From positions 3,264,001-3,328,000 of the forward strand of contig CBDETY010000003.1 of the NCBI GenBank assembly GCA_965243025.1: 64,000 bases of DNA. Direction: 5' to 3'. The position numbers and the translations under genes were made by a program. The notes below the pieces were generated by a model that did not search any database, was not told the DNA's origin, and worked only from the letters and a program-made list of their open reading frames with translations. This DNA comes from Candidatus Latescibacterota bacterium. Lineage in GTDB: Bacteria; Latescibacterota; UBA2968; UBA8231. Positions 28,994 to 38,708 of the stretch are shown here, one piece after another (position 1 is the first letter of the stretch; each line of letters begins with the position of its first letter).

Positions 28994-30004
28994 TTACGGG
29001 CGAATTACGCCGCTTGCCTGCGCGCCCCGGCCCTGACCCAGCGCCAGCTCGGCGAGGTAGACGGCGGTGCCGCCTTCGTGGCTCGAGTAGTAGGAGAGCA
29101 GCCCCCGTTCCTCGCTGAGGGCCACGAACCCGGGGTAGGAGCTGTCCCCGCCGCTCGGCAGTTCCACCGCTTCGTGCAGGGCGTCCCCGTGCAGCCACCA
29201 CAGGGAGGTCGCCGCGGTGTCCCCCATGCTCTTGCGCCCTCCCACGAGGTAGCGGCCCCCCCATCGCACGATCAGCGGTCCGCCGACATTGCGCTCGAGG
29301 CATGCGGACGTCCAAGCCTTCCAGGGCGGCGCCGACCGGCAGATGCGGGCCCTCTTCCCGGCGCCGTCGCGAACCAGGGCAACCGCCGAGCCGTCCTCCT
29401 CGAACAGGAACGCGGTTTCATCGCCGTAATCCCCGGCGAAAAGGGAGTGGAAGTACCACACCAGGCCGTCGGCGCTCGTCAGCATCGCCGACTCGATCGA
29501 CCCGGGCTGCTGCTCGTCCTCGATGCCGGCCCCGTAGCCGCGGCGCCTGCGCCCGCACAGGTACGCGCGGTCCCCGTGGGAAGCCGCCCTCCAGATGTAA
29601 TGGCCGTACGTCCCCTCCATCTGCGCCGGCCCGTTCCAGCCGGAACCGTCGTCGGTCCAGGCGGCGTACCCGAGATGCTCGTTGAGGTTCAGCGGGACCC
29701 CCTCCCCGTGCAGCAGCCAGGTGCCGGTGTAGACGAACAGCGATCCCCGGAACACGAGGAAGTGGGGATCGCGGGTGTCGCGGCCCGGGACCGAAAAGGT
29801 GAACGCCTCCGACCAGGTCACGGCGTCGTCGCTTTCAAGGACGACGACCCGGGCGCAGCTCGTGACCCGGTGCCCGTCCGGACTGCTGCGGAAGGTCAGG
29901 TAGAACCTGCCCGAGTAAACGCACAGGTCGGTGAAGGCGTTGTGGTTGGCATCCTTGCGGACGGTTCTGATCGATTCGACCTGGATGGCCGGCAAGTCCG
30001 TCAT
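28994..30004 (-). CDS. Exo-alpha-sialidase-like (BNR beta-propeller) hypothetical protein
   Basis: HNAFTDL, ESDDAVTW, RDTRDPH, TSADGLVW (Asp-box-like), LPSGGDSSYPG, SYYSSHEG. Confidence 0.7.
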   Translation of the reverse strand: MTDLPAIQVESIRTVRKDANHNAFTDLCVYSGRFYLTFRSSPDGHRVTSCARVVVLESDDAVTWSEAFTFSVPGRDTRDPHFLVFRGSLFVYTGTWLLHGEGVPLNLNEHLGYAAWTDDGSGWNGPAQMEGTYGHYIWRAASHGDRAYLCGRRRRGYGAGIEDEQQPGSIESAMLTSADGLVWYFHSLFAGDYGDETAFLFEEDGSAVALVRDGAGKRARICRSAPPWKAWTSACLERNVGGPLIVRWGGRYLVGGRKSMGDTAATSLWWLHGDALHEAVELPSGGDSSYPGFVALSEERGLLSYYSSHEGGTAVYLAELALGQGRGAQASGVIRP

Positions 30005-30258
30005 GGCTTTTTCCCCTTTCTGATTTCGCGGCGGCGAGGCGGCAGGGCGGCTCCCTCGAGGCGCTCGACGAGGAAGCGGTCGACGAACAGTTCGCGGCGG
30101 GCGTTCAGGAGGACGGCGGCGGTCATGTCGGGGCCTCGGTCTTGGCAGGGTGGGGAGATGAAGTAGCTTTCAGCACACCCGCAACGATACAGGGAAACCT
30201 GGAAAATCGGGTCAACTCCAGGTCCACTGAAACAGCATGCCATGGCGAGCGTCCCCGG

Positions 30259-31875
30259 ATGAAAACGACCCGGTTGTCCCACCTCACCCTCCTGTTGCTC
30301 TCCTGCGTGTTCGTGCGGGACAGCCCGGCCGGTGATTATACCCGCCTGTTGCTGCCCGGAGGCGCTTGGGTCCGCTTTGGGGAAGCGGTACTGACCGGCG
30401 AAATCGCCTGGTCCCCCAACGGCGCCTGGCTGGCGGCGCCCAGCAGCGCCGGCACCTGGCTCTACAACGCCCGCACCGGCCGGTTCAAAGCCCTTCTGGG
30501 TACGGGGTTCGTCCGAGCGGTGGCGTTCGCACCGGACAGCAGGACGCTGGCCGCCGGCAGCGGCAGGGAAGTCCAGCTGTGGAAGGTCAGGACCCGGCGG
30601 CTGGAAACCGCTCTCGACGGTCACGAGGGGTTTGTCCGTTCCGTGGCCTTCTCGCCTGACGGCAAGACCCTGGCAAGCGGCGGCCGGGACCGGACGATCC
30701 GGTTGTGGGAGGCCGGAACCGGCCGGTTGGAGGCCACCCTGGACGGGCATGCCGGAGAGGTCGAGGCCCTGGCGTTCTCCCCGGACGGCAGAACCCTGGC
30801 CAGTGCCGGCGGCGACCATGCGATCCGGTTGTGGGATACAAAAACCGGGCAGCACAAGGCTGTCCTGGAAGGACACACCGGCTGGATCGAGTCGGTGGCC
30901 TTCGCCCCGGACGGAAAAACCCTGGCAAGCGGCGGCTGGGACGGCACCATCCGGTTGTGGGACGTGGAAACGGCGCATGCGAAGACTACACTGAAAGGGC
31001 ATTCCGGGTATGGACTGGCCGAGTGGGTCTGGTCCGTTGACTTCGCGCCGGACGGAAAAACCCTGGCAAGCGGTCACGACCACGCGATGCGGCTGTGGGA
31101 CGTGGAGACCGGACAGGTCATGACCTCTCTCACTCCCGATGGGCATACGAGCTGGGTCTCCTCGGTGGCGTTTGCGCCGGACGGCAAGACCCTGGCCAGC
31201 GGCAGCCGCAGCAGCAATGAGAACGAGAGCAGGCATTTCTCCGTTCTGCTGTGGGATCTGTCCTCCCGCACCCAAGTGGAGGCCGTGGTGGCCGGCGGCA
31301 ACGCCGGGGGCCTGACCGTCGAGTTCTCCCGCTCCATCGCCGGCCGCCGCCGCGACTACGCCTGGAGCGCCGTCACCGACACCGCCGGGAGGCTGGAGCT
31401 CACCCTGTTCCCCGGGGTCACCGGTTTCTACGAAGCCCGCGCCCGGGCCGCCGACGCCACGGTCGCCGGCCGGTGGAACAGCATTCCCCTCAACAGCGGC
31501 GAGCGCCAGTTCCTGGAGCTCACCCTTGGCGGCGGCATGCGGGTGGTGGATGCGGAACAGCTGGCCGCCGCAAAAGTTGCGGCGCCGCAAGGACCGGCGG
31601 AAAGCGAGCTGCATCCCAACACGCCCAACCCTTTCAACGCCAGCACCCGGATCGCCTACCGCCTCGCCGCTTCCGGACCGGTGCGGCTGGAGATCTACAA
31701 TCTCCTCGGGCAGCCGGTGCGCACCCTGATCGACCAGACCCAGACCGCCGGCGCGTACCGGGTTACCTGGGATTCGCGGGACCGGCGGGGCGCCGCGGTG
31801 GCCGCGGGGATCTACCTCACCCGCCTGACCTGCCCGGACGGGGTGCGGACCCGCAGACTGATCCTGTTGAAGTAG
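30259..31875 (+). CDS. Secreted WD40 repeat protein with C-terminal FlgD-Ig-like domain
   Basis: Signal peptide; GH...SVAFSPDGKTLASGG.D.TIRLWD repeats; PNTPNPFNAST...IYNLLGQPVR...AAGIYLTRL. Confidence 0.9.
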   Translation: MKTTRLSHLTLLLLSCVFVRDSPAGDYTRLLLPGGAWVRFGEAVLTGEIAWSPNGAWLAAPSSAGTWLYNARTGRFKALLGTGFVRAVAFAPDSRTLAAGSGREVQLWKVRTRRLETALDGHEGFVRSVAFSPDGKTLASGGRDRTIRLWEAGTGRLEATLDGHAGEVEALAFSPDGRTLASAGGDHAIRLWDTKTGQHKAVLEGHTGWIESVAFAPDGKTLASGGWDGTIRLWDVETAHAKTTLKGHSGYGLAEWVWSVDFAPDGKTLASGHDHAMRLWDVETGQVMTSLTPDGHTSWVSSVAFAPDGKTLASGSRSSNENESRHFSVLLWDLSSRTQVEAVVAGGNAGGLTVEFSRSIAGRRRDYAWSAVTDTAGRLELTLFPGVTGFYEARARAADATVAGRWNSIPLNSGERQFLELTLGGGMRVVDAEQLAAAKVAAPQGPAESELHPNTPNPFNASTRIAYRLAASGPVRLEIYNLLGQPVRTLIDQTQTAGAYRVTWDSRDRRGAAVAAGIYLTRLTCPDGVRTRRLILLK

Positions 31876-31964
31876 CCGCGGCCGGGTTGCAGGATTCGTA
31901 CGGACAGGGCGAAATCGAGCCTGGAGACGGCGGCAGATCACTCTCAGTGAAAGGACTATCCCCC

Positions 31965-32738
31965 ATGCGCGCGATATGGAACCTGCTCTTCGGTTCGCTC
32001 TGCGTTCTCGTTCCGGGATATGGAACCGACGCGGCCCATGCCCAGGACAGGGCGGGATTCGTCGTGGATGGGGATTGGGGGGATTGGGGAAGGGGCGGTC
32101 CCGGTGAGGGGGATGAGTTCTACGATGTCGTCCCGGATACCAACAGCAGCGTGGACATCATCGCATACGGGTACGGACTGGGTTCTTTCAGCCGCGGAGA
32201 AGCGAACGGAACCGAGAAGCTGTTCGCCTTCATTTTCAGGTTCCTGGAGGCTCCCTTTCAGGATTCGACCCCGACCTCGGTGGAGCTGTTTTTCGACGTC
32301 TCCGCCGATTCCACCGTTGGGGAGGAAACGCCGCCCTGGGTCGGTTTCCTCCCGGATTTCCGGATCGAAATCGTCGGCAAGGATGGAGGGTTGACCGGGG
32401 AGACCTACCGCCGCCTGTCCGGAGACCAGTGGATTGTAACCGAAGGAGAAGACCTGGCGGAAGTGGAGGCGGCGCTCTCGGGCGAATGGCTGGAAGGGGC
32501 CGTCCCCCTGGCGGCGCTGGGCAGTCCCGGGGACAGGCCGGAAGACGAGGAAAGAGGGTATTTCACCTTCAAATGGACCGCGAAAACGAGCAATGACGGG
32601 TCGCGCGATTACGTCCCCGACGGAGATTCCTATTTCGAGGTCCCCTGGGGCCCGGTGGACTTGCGCATCTCGACTGCCGTCGAGTCTCAGGGTTGGGGTT
32701 GGATCAAGAGGGAAGAACGGATTGGAGGACAGGAGTGA
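31965..32738 (+). CDS. Acidic hypothetical secreted protein with C-terminal GWG-x-I-K tail
   Basis: AAGGA RBS; signal peptide; VDGDWGDW motif; ends ISTAVESQGWGWIKREERIGGQE. Confidence 0.75.
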   Translation: MRAIWNLLFGSLCVLVPGYGTDAAHAQDRAGFVVDGDWGDWGRGGPGEGDEFYDVVPDTNSSVDIIAYGYGLGSFSRGEANGTEKLFAFIFRFLEAPFQDSTPTSVELFFDVSADSTVGEETPPWVGFLPDFRIEIVGKDGGLTGETYRRLSGDQWIVTEGEDLAEVEAALSGEWLEGAVPLAALGSPGDRPEDEERGYFTFKWTAKTSNDGSRDYVPDGDSYFEVPWGPVDLRISTAVESQGWGWIKREERIGGQE

Positions 32739-34882
32739 AGGCCCGAACGGCCCTGTTCCTCGCCGCCCATTTCTTGTTGGCTCACGGGGTGGGCCACGGC
32801 CAGGAGTTCCCCGTCGGGGCCTGGTTCCCGGGGCTGTTCAACAACCAGGCGGAGCATTTTGCGGAGCGGCTCGACCAGGTGGTCGAAGCCAACTTCAACA
32901 CCATTCACGCCGCCCTCGGAGTCAGGAACGATCCTTCGGTCAATGGGGTCTTCCTCGATCTCGCTCACCAGCGGGGACTCGACGTCCTGCTGTACAGCTG
33001 GAATGTCCCCCCGGCGTGGCGGACGGCCAGCCGGACCTACTGGACCAAGACCGTGGAAGCGGAGCACCGGAGGTTCTTCACCCACCGTGTCGGGACCCGG
33101 GACGGAGGTGCCCTGCATGCGAATACCGCAGACCATACCCCGGGACTCCTTCTCGACACCCCCCCGGAGGGCCCGGGGGTCTTCCTGCGTTACCGGGAAC
33201 AGAAACTGAATGACCGCGGGCAGGTCGTCGAAAACAGGGTGCGTCACGGGATACACGTCTTCCGCCTCAAGACGGACGACAACAGCAGCCCGGAACGCAT
33301 CGCGACCCTGAGAATCCTCAGGCACTCGGACGGCACCCTGCTGCGCACGCGGGATGTGCGGGCGCTGGAATTCCGCGAGGTCGATACCTACCAGGATTTC
33401 CCGATCCGCTACTCCGTTCCCCGCGGCGGCGACTGGGTGCGCTACCAGGTCGAATGGCACGGGACGGGGAACCTCTGGGTCGACAGGATCAGGGCCCACG
33501 ACAGTTACGGCTACAGACTGTTTTCCGGGGATTTCGACGCCGATATCGTCAACGACCTGGCCGCCTATGACGGCGTATCCGTCGACCCGCCCTGGCGGTT
33601 CTACATGGAGGACGAGCCCCATTGGACCGAGAAGGACGAGAGCATCGCCTACCTGAACGACCTGATAAAGGCGCAGACCGGAAAGTCGGGGGTGGCTTCC
33701 TTCCACCAGACCCGCCAGGATTACATGCGGCATTTCGTCTACACGGTCTTCCCGTCGGAGTTCCTGGTAAACTTCTACACTTTCGGGATTTACGTGCCCG
33801 AACCGGGCCAGGCGCGCTACGCGACCCGCCTGCAGAGCGCCCTGGACAGCTACGTCACCTGGTACGGACGCGCCCGGGAGGTGGCCAGGGAGGCCGGCAT
33901 CCCCCTGTGGGCGGTCATCCAGGCCCACAGCTGGCCGAACGGCCTGCGCGACCCGACCCCGGAGGAAATCCGGGTTCAGGTCAATCTCGTCCTCGCCCAC
34001 GGCGTGACGGGGATCTTCTACTTCATGTATTCCAGCCATACCGACGAAGGCGGCCGGCCGGATCTGCAGGGCCTGGTGGACGGGGACTACCGGATCACTC
34101 CCAAATGGAGAGAGGTGCAGGCCCTCAACCGGATGTTGGGGGAGCTTGACGATACCCTGCTGCAGCTGACCTCGGACGCCGTCTTCCGCGGCGACGCTCC
34201 CGAATCCCCGGTCCGGCGGCTTTCCGATCCCGCGGATTACCACCTCGGCGCCTTTACCCACGCGGACGGAACGCGCTACCTGATGGTCGTCAACCGCCGC
34301 TGCCAGCCCTGGCCCCGCAGGCCCCGGACGGTGACCGTCGAACTGGATGCGTCCGAACTGAACGGCCCGGCCTGGTCCTACCTGGCAAGGGATCTCCATA
34401 CCGGGGAGACGGCAGCCACCAGCAACGGACTTTCCCCTTACTTCAACCTCTCCCTGGGCCCGGGAGAAGGGAAGCTGTTCCGCCTCGAACCCTGGGACGA
34501 TCAGGTTGCCCTGAAGGGGGATGTAAAGGTTCCCGCGGGGGTGAAGCTGACCCTGCCTGCCGGAACGACGGTGACGTTCGCCCCGGGGGACGAGACCGGG
34601 GGCGGCAAGGATGACCTGCGTTCCGAGCTCATCGTCGAGGGCGCTCTCGACGCCGGCGCCGGCGGCATCACCTTCCGCTCATCCGATGAAGCCGCGGCCT
34701 CCTCCGACGGCGACTGGTACGGCATCCGCGTGGCAGCAACGGGAAACGCCGACCTTTCGGGCGCCACGATTCAGGACGGGCTCCGCTGTGTGGAGGCGTA
34801 CGAAACGAGCACTGTCGACATGACGGACGCCGCCATGGTCAACTGCGGCCAGGGCGTGGAACTGCTCTCGACTTCCCCGTAG
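32735..34882 (+). CDS. Secreted hypothetical protein, possible glycoside-hydrolase-like TIM barrel with an inserted beta domain
   Basis: GTG start overlapping the upstream stop; signal peptide; FPVGAW, FYMEDEP, PLWAVIQA, PTPEEIRVQVNLVLAHGVTGIFYFMY. Confidence 0.65.
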   Translation: MKARTALFLAAHFLLAHGVGHGQEFPVGAWFPGLFNNQAEHFAERLDQVVEANFNTIHAALGVRNDPSVNGVFLDLAHQRGLDVLLYSWNVPPAWRTASRTYWTKTVEAEHRRFFTHRVGTRDGGALHANTADHTPGLLLDTPPEGPGVFLRYREQKLNDRGQVVENRVRHGIHVFRLKTDDNSSPERIATLRILRHSDGTLLRTRDVRALEFREVDTYQDFPIRYSVPRGGDWVRYQVEWHGTGNLWVDRIRAHDSYGYRLFSGDFDADIVNDLAAYDGVSVDPPWRFYMEDEPHWTEKDESIAYLNDLIKAQTGKSGVASFHQTRQDYMRHFVYTVFPSEFLVNFYTFGIYVPEPGQARYATRLQSALDSYVTWYGRAREVAREAGIPLWAVIQAHSWPNGLRDPTPEEIRVQVNLVLAHGVTGIFYFMYSSHTDEGGRPDLQGLVDGDYRITPKWREVQALNRMLGELDDTLLQLTSDAVFRGDAPESPVRRLSDPADYHLGAFTHADGTRYLMVVNRRCQPWPRRPRTVTVELDASELNGPAWSYLARDLHTGETAATSNGLSPYFNLSLGPGEGKLFRLEPWDDQVALKGDVKVPAGVKLTLPAGTTVTFAPGDETGGGKDDLRSELIVEGALDAGAGGITFRSSDEAAASSDGDWYGIRVAATGNADLSGATIQDGLRCVEAYETSTVDMTDAAMVNCGQGVELLSTSP

Positions 34883-35313
34883 GGAAGCCGCGTCCCTTCG
34901 CGCCCCATCCCGCCGCTCGCGGCGCCGCTGCGCCCTCAGCCAACCAGCCCGCGCAGATAATCGCGGGAGAATTATATACATAATTCAGCAACGGTATTCC
35001 TCCCTTTGGCTGATCCCCTCGGAGGGTTTGGAAGCCGGTCACCGCTGAGAGTTCAGTTCAAATAGTGTGCTTGGGAGATTCAGGAACTGAGCCCTGCGGA
35101 AGAGGTCATCCTCCTGCGGAGAATACAGAAGCGGACAATTCCCGAGGGATCCTCCCGTTGCCTTGCAACCCGCAGGAATCGGCACCCTGGGTCGGAGAGC
35201 CACCGGTCTGATCGAGAAGGGGATTGCATCGAAACCTCCCCTGCCTGACCTCTCCAGGGCTGGAAGGCGGTGGCCGCCGGGGGGATTCAGTTCAGATCGG
35301 GGTGCCTGGGAGT

Positions 35314-36441
35314 TTAAAAGGAAAATTGCATTTGTATCGAATAGGTGTTGTCGGTATAGCTATGGGCGGGGTCGTTCGAGTCGTTGTCCGAGAACGCGTA
35401 TGCCAGCCGAGCCGCAATGTTGTCGAGAAGGTCCTGCTTGAAGCCGAAGCGCAACAGGGTAAGGTGGTCTCGTCGATTGGTACCGATCCCGGGAACTGTC
35501 CAATCCTGGTAAAACTTGAAATGGCGGCGCGCGGAAAGGCTCGCGTTGGAACGTGGTGTCAGTCTCCAGATGAACAAAGACACTATGCGGTGGTTGATGA
35601 AATTGAAATCGAAATCGTCCACGTCTCCATCGCGATGGCCGAATTCCCCCCCCTGTTCAGGTTCGCGAGAAAAGGATTCGTGGCGGGGGAGATTGCGGGT
35701 TGCCAGGTCGATATCAAACCGGTATGTCAAATTGGACAACACTTTACTCAAGACCATGCCTTCAAACTCGAAGCTGGCCGTCTGGCGGATCCCCCCCACG
35801 TTCTCGTTAAGGTCGGACAGGATGATTCTCGGGTCGATAACGCCTCGGTACACGCGCGCCTGATAGCCGGCCGAAACACGTGCAGTCGCGCTGAACCGCC
35901 GTCCGAGCCGGCCTTCGACCATGACACTGCTGTACGTGCTGCCTTCGCTGTTGGGAAAGTGCTTGTTCCGCAACTCGGCCCCGAACCGGGACGACCACGA
36001 CGGATTCCATCGAATCCGGAGTTGACCACTGATATCCTGCTTGAAGTATTCGTTGATGCGGTCATTGGGCTGGTGCCGCAGGCCGAGGTTGGCAACGGTC
36101 AAGAGCGTGGCATCGCCCGAAAGCCTGCGGTGCCAAAGACCTGAGAGCAGGTGATCGTAGCGATTTTTCCGGGTTACATCCGCAAAGCGACGCGGGGCCA
36201 TCTCATAGCGTACTGCGATGCGGGAACCGGGATCAAGCTTCGCCCTGACATGGATCCCGGCCCAAATATACGCGGCAAAATCCTGTTGTTCGCCCCGTTC
36301 TGCCGGCACCTGAAAGACATTGTCTTCGTACTGGTAGCGGAGGTCGAAAAAGGGCTCGGTCCGCAACGATGAATCGGCGAAAACCAGGCAGGGGGTGCTC
36401 AGGACGAACAACCAGAGCACGGCTGCAACTCTCAACGACAC
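35314..36441 (-). CDS. Putative outer-membrane beta-barrel protein
   Basis: Signal peptide; YEDNVF; alternating aromatic strands; ends MQFSF. Confidence 0.7.
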   Translation of the reverse strand: MSLRVAAVLWLFVLSTPCLVFADSSLRTEPFFDLRYQYEDNVFQVPAERGEQQDFAAYIWAGIHVRAKLDPGSRIAVRYEMAPRRFADVTRKNRYDHLLSGLWHRRLSGDATLLTVANLGLRHQPNDRINEYFKQDISGQLRIRWNPSWSSRFGAELRNKHFPNSEGSTYSSVMVEGRLGRRFSATARVSAGYQARVYRGVIDPRIILSDLNENVGGIRQTASFEFEGMVLSKVLSNLTYRFDIDLATRNLPRHESFSREPEQGGEFGHRDGDVDDFDFNFINHRIVSLFIWRLTPRSNASLSARRHFKFYQDWTVPGIGTNRRDHLTLLRFGFKQDLLDNIAARLAYAFSDNDSNDPAHSYTDNTYSIQMQFSF

Positions 36442-36453
36442 GTGTGGATACCG

Positions 36454-37347
36454 TCACTTTCCCTGGAGCATATTTTCGAGTTCCTTGGCGAGATGCAGGG
36501 CTTTCTCATCGTGGATTTCTTCTTTGGCGTACCAGCTCTCCCGTTTGGCTCGCCAATATTCCAGCGCCGATTCCGCCTCCGCAATCTCTCCTTCCAGTTC
36601 AGCGATATCGAGGGTGCGGTCGAGGTCGAATTCGTCCTCTTCTCCGCGGCGAATGTCGCGGAGCAACTCCAGCATGTTGCGTCGCAAATCGAGTACTTTC
36701 CCGGTTTCGCGGATCTGCCGGTCAAGCTCTCCGATTTTGCTTCGTATAATATCCTGTTGGTCTTTGACCACGGCCAATTTCTGCTGGATATCATCGGGGC
36801 CGTCGGTCTGCGCCGGGGTGACATCCAGCGACAACAGAAGCTCACTTGACTCTCCGGCTATCTGCTCCCGGTAGGTTTCTGATTCTTCCTGAAGTTTCAG
36901 CACCTCGGAAAGGATCCGGGTCCTGGTCTTGTGATCTTTGGCGAGGCGCGCTTCCCCGGAAAGCCGCTCGATTTCGTCATTCAGCAGGCCCACGAGCGTT
37001 CGTTTCCTGGCCACCGATGCCTCGGTGAGGGCATAGATCCGGTCGTCGAGCGCCTGGATCCGGTCCGATAATTCCCGGGAAGCCTGAAGGTTGTTCTGCA
37101 ACTGCCGCTCAAGCAATCGGTCGCTGCCTTGTTGCAGGTCTTGTTTGATCGTTCGGATCCTATCGGTCAACTGCTTGTTTTCGCCCAGCAGCTTGTTGCT
37201 CTCCCCCGAAATGCCTTCGACCTGTTCGGCGAGTCGTTCAATCTGTATTCGCAAGTTCTGCAGGGTTGGCTGTTTTGCGAACCCCGCTGGCACCGCCCCG
37301 ATTAAGATGGCGAAAGACAGCAAGAGACACTGCCTGTCAAAAGGCAT
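36454..37347 (-). CDS. Secreted/periplasmic coiled-coil protein
   Basis: Signal peptide ending AGFA; heptad L/I-rich charged helices throughout. Confidence 0.75.
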   Translation of the reverse strand: MPFDRQCLLLSFAILIGAVPAGFAKQPTLQNLRIQIERLAEQVEGISGESNKLLGENKQLTDRIRTIKQDLQQGSDRLLERQLQNNLQASRELSDRIQALDDRIYALTEASVARKRTLVGLLNDEIERLSGEARLAKDHKTRTRILSEVLKLQEESETYREQIAGESSELLLSLDVTPAQTDGPDDIQQKLAVVKDQQDIIRSKIGELDRQIRETGKVLDLRRNMLELLRDIRRGEEDEFDLDRTLDIAELEGEIAEAESALEYWRAKRESWYAKEEIHDEKALHLAKELENMLQGK

Positions 37348-37370
37348 GGGCCTGAACGCTTGACGGGAGA

Positions 37371-38708
37371 TTAGAGTTCATACTTCTCAAATTTGTAGCG
37401 GAAAGTTGTTCGTTCGATGCCGAGCAATTTTGCGGCGTCGGCTTTGACCTTGTTCGCCTTCAGATAGGCATCCCACAAAAGCTGCTTTTCAAAAGCCTCG
37501 ACCCGCTCCGTCAGGGTGCCGCCCTCTACGTGGTTTTCAGGCGATTGAGCGTTCAGCGAGAGATCCTCAGGCGCGATTTCCTTGCCCTGTGCCAGCACCA
37601 CGGCGCGTTCGATGGCGTTTTCGAGCTCCCTGACATTGCCCGCCCAGGAGTGCGTCGTCAGCAATTCCATTGCGCCCGGATGCACGGACGACACCTTCTT
37701 GCCGATCTCGGCGTTGTACTTGAGCAGGAAATGGGCCGCGAGCAGCGGGATGTCTTCGCGACGTTCGCGCAAGGGCGGAACCTCGATGGGCACCACGTTG
37801 AGGCGATAGTACAGGTCTTCGCGGAAGGCCCCTTCCCTGATGCGGTCGGGAAGATTGCGGTTGGTCGCGGCCACGAGCCGGACATCGACCGAGATCGTGC
37901 GGGTTCCCCCGACCCGTTCGAATTCCCCTTCCTGCAGGACGCGCAGCAGTTTGACCTGCATCGCCGGCGTACTCTCGGCAATCTCGTCGAGGAACAACGT
38001 ACCGCCGTCGGCGATCTCGAAACGTCCGGGTCTCATCTTCACGGCCTGGGTAAATGCCCCTTTCTCGTGGCCGAAGAGTTCGCTTTCCAGCACGCCCTCC
38101 GACAGCGCCGCGCAATTGACCTTGACGAAGGGTTTTTCCCAGCGCGGACTGTGCTGGTGGATCGCCCGGGCAACGAGCTCTTTCCCGGTGCCGCTTTCCC
38201 CGCCGATGAGCACGGTCGAAGGGGTTGGCGCGACGGTTTTTATCCTGCGAAAGACCGCTTTCATCTGAAGGCTTTTTCCCATGATCCCGTCAAACCCGTA
38301 ACGCAGCTCGTCTTCCCCGCGCAGGTAGGCGTTTTCCTGACTGAGACGGCGTCCTTCAAGAGCCTGTTCGGTTTTTATTTCGATCTGTTCGAGCGTGTAC
38401 GGTTTGGTTATGAAATCCACCGCTCCCTTTTGCATCGCCTCAACGGCCAACTCAATGGTGCCGAAAGCGGTCATCATCACGACACTGGTTTCGGGCGAGA
38501 TCTCGGCAATGGCGGCAAGGACTTCGAGTCCGGTTTTCTTGGGCATCTGGATGTCGACCATGGCCAAATCGAAAGAGTACTTCCCGACCTCCGAAATCGC
38601 ATCCTCTCCGTCGCAGGCAACATGGGTCGAATGCCCCAGGCCCCCAAGCGCGAGGGCGAGCCCTTCCCTGGTGCTTTTATGGTCATCGGCGATCAGTATC
38701 CGGCTCAT
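37371..38708 (-). CDS. Sigma-54-dependent response regulator (NtrC/AtoC/ZraR family)
   Basis: ILIADD receiver, GESGTGKE Walker A, ESELFGHEKGAFTQA, LFLDEI, FREDLYYRL, WAGNVRELEN, Fis-type HTH. Confidence 0.95.
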   Translation of the reverse strand: MSRILIADDHKSTREGLALALGGLGHSTHVACDGEDAISEVGKYSFDLAMVDIQMPKKTGLEVLAAIAEISPETSVVMMTAFGTIELAVEAMQKGAVDFITKPYTLEQIEIKTEQALEGRRLSQENAYLRGEDELRYGFDGIMGKSLQMKAVFRRIKTVAPTPSTVLIGGESGTGKELVARAIHQHSPRWEKPFVKVNCAALSEGVLESELFGHEKGAFTQAVKMRPGRFEIADGGTLFLDEIAESTPAMQVKLLRVLQEGEFERVGGTRTISVDVRLVAATNRNLPDRIREGAFREDLYYRLNVVPIEVPPLRERREDIPLLAAHFLLKYNAEIGKKVSSVHPGAMELLTTHSWAGNVRELENAIERAVVLAQGKEIAPEDLSLNAQSPENHVEGGTLTERVEAFEKQLLWDAYLKANKVKADAAKLLGIERTTFRYKFEKYEL

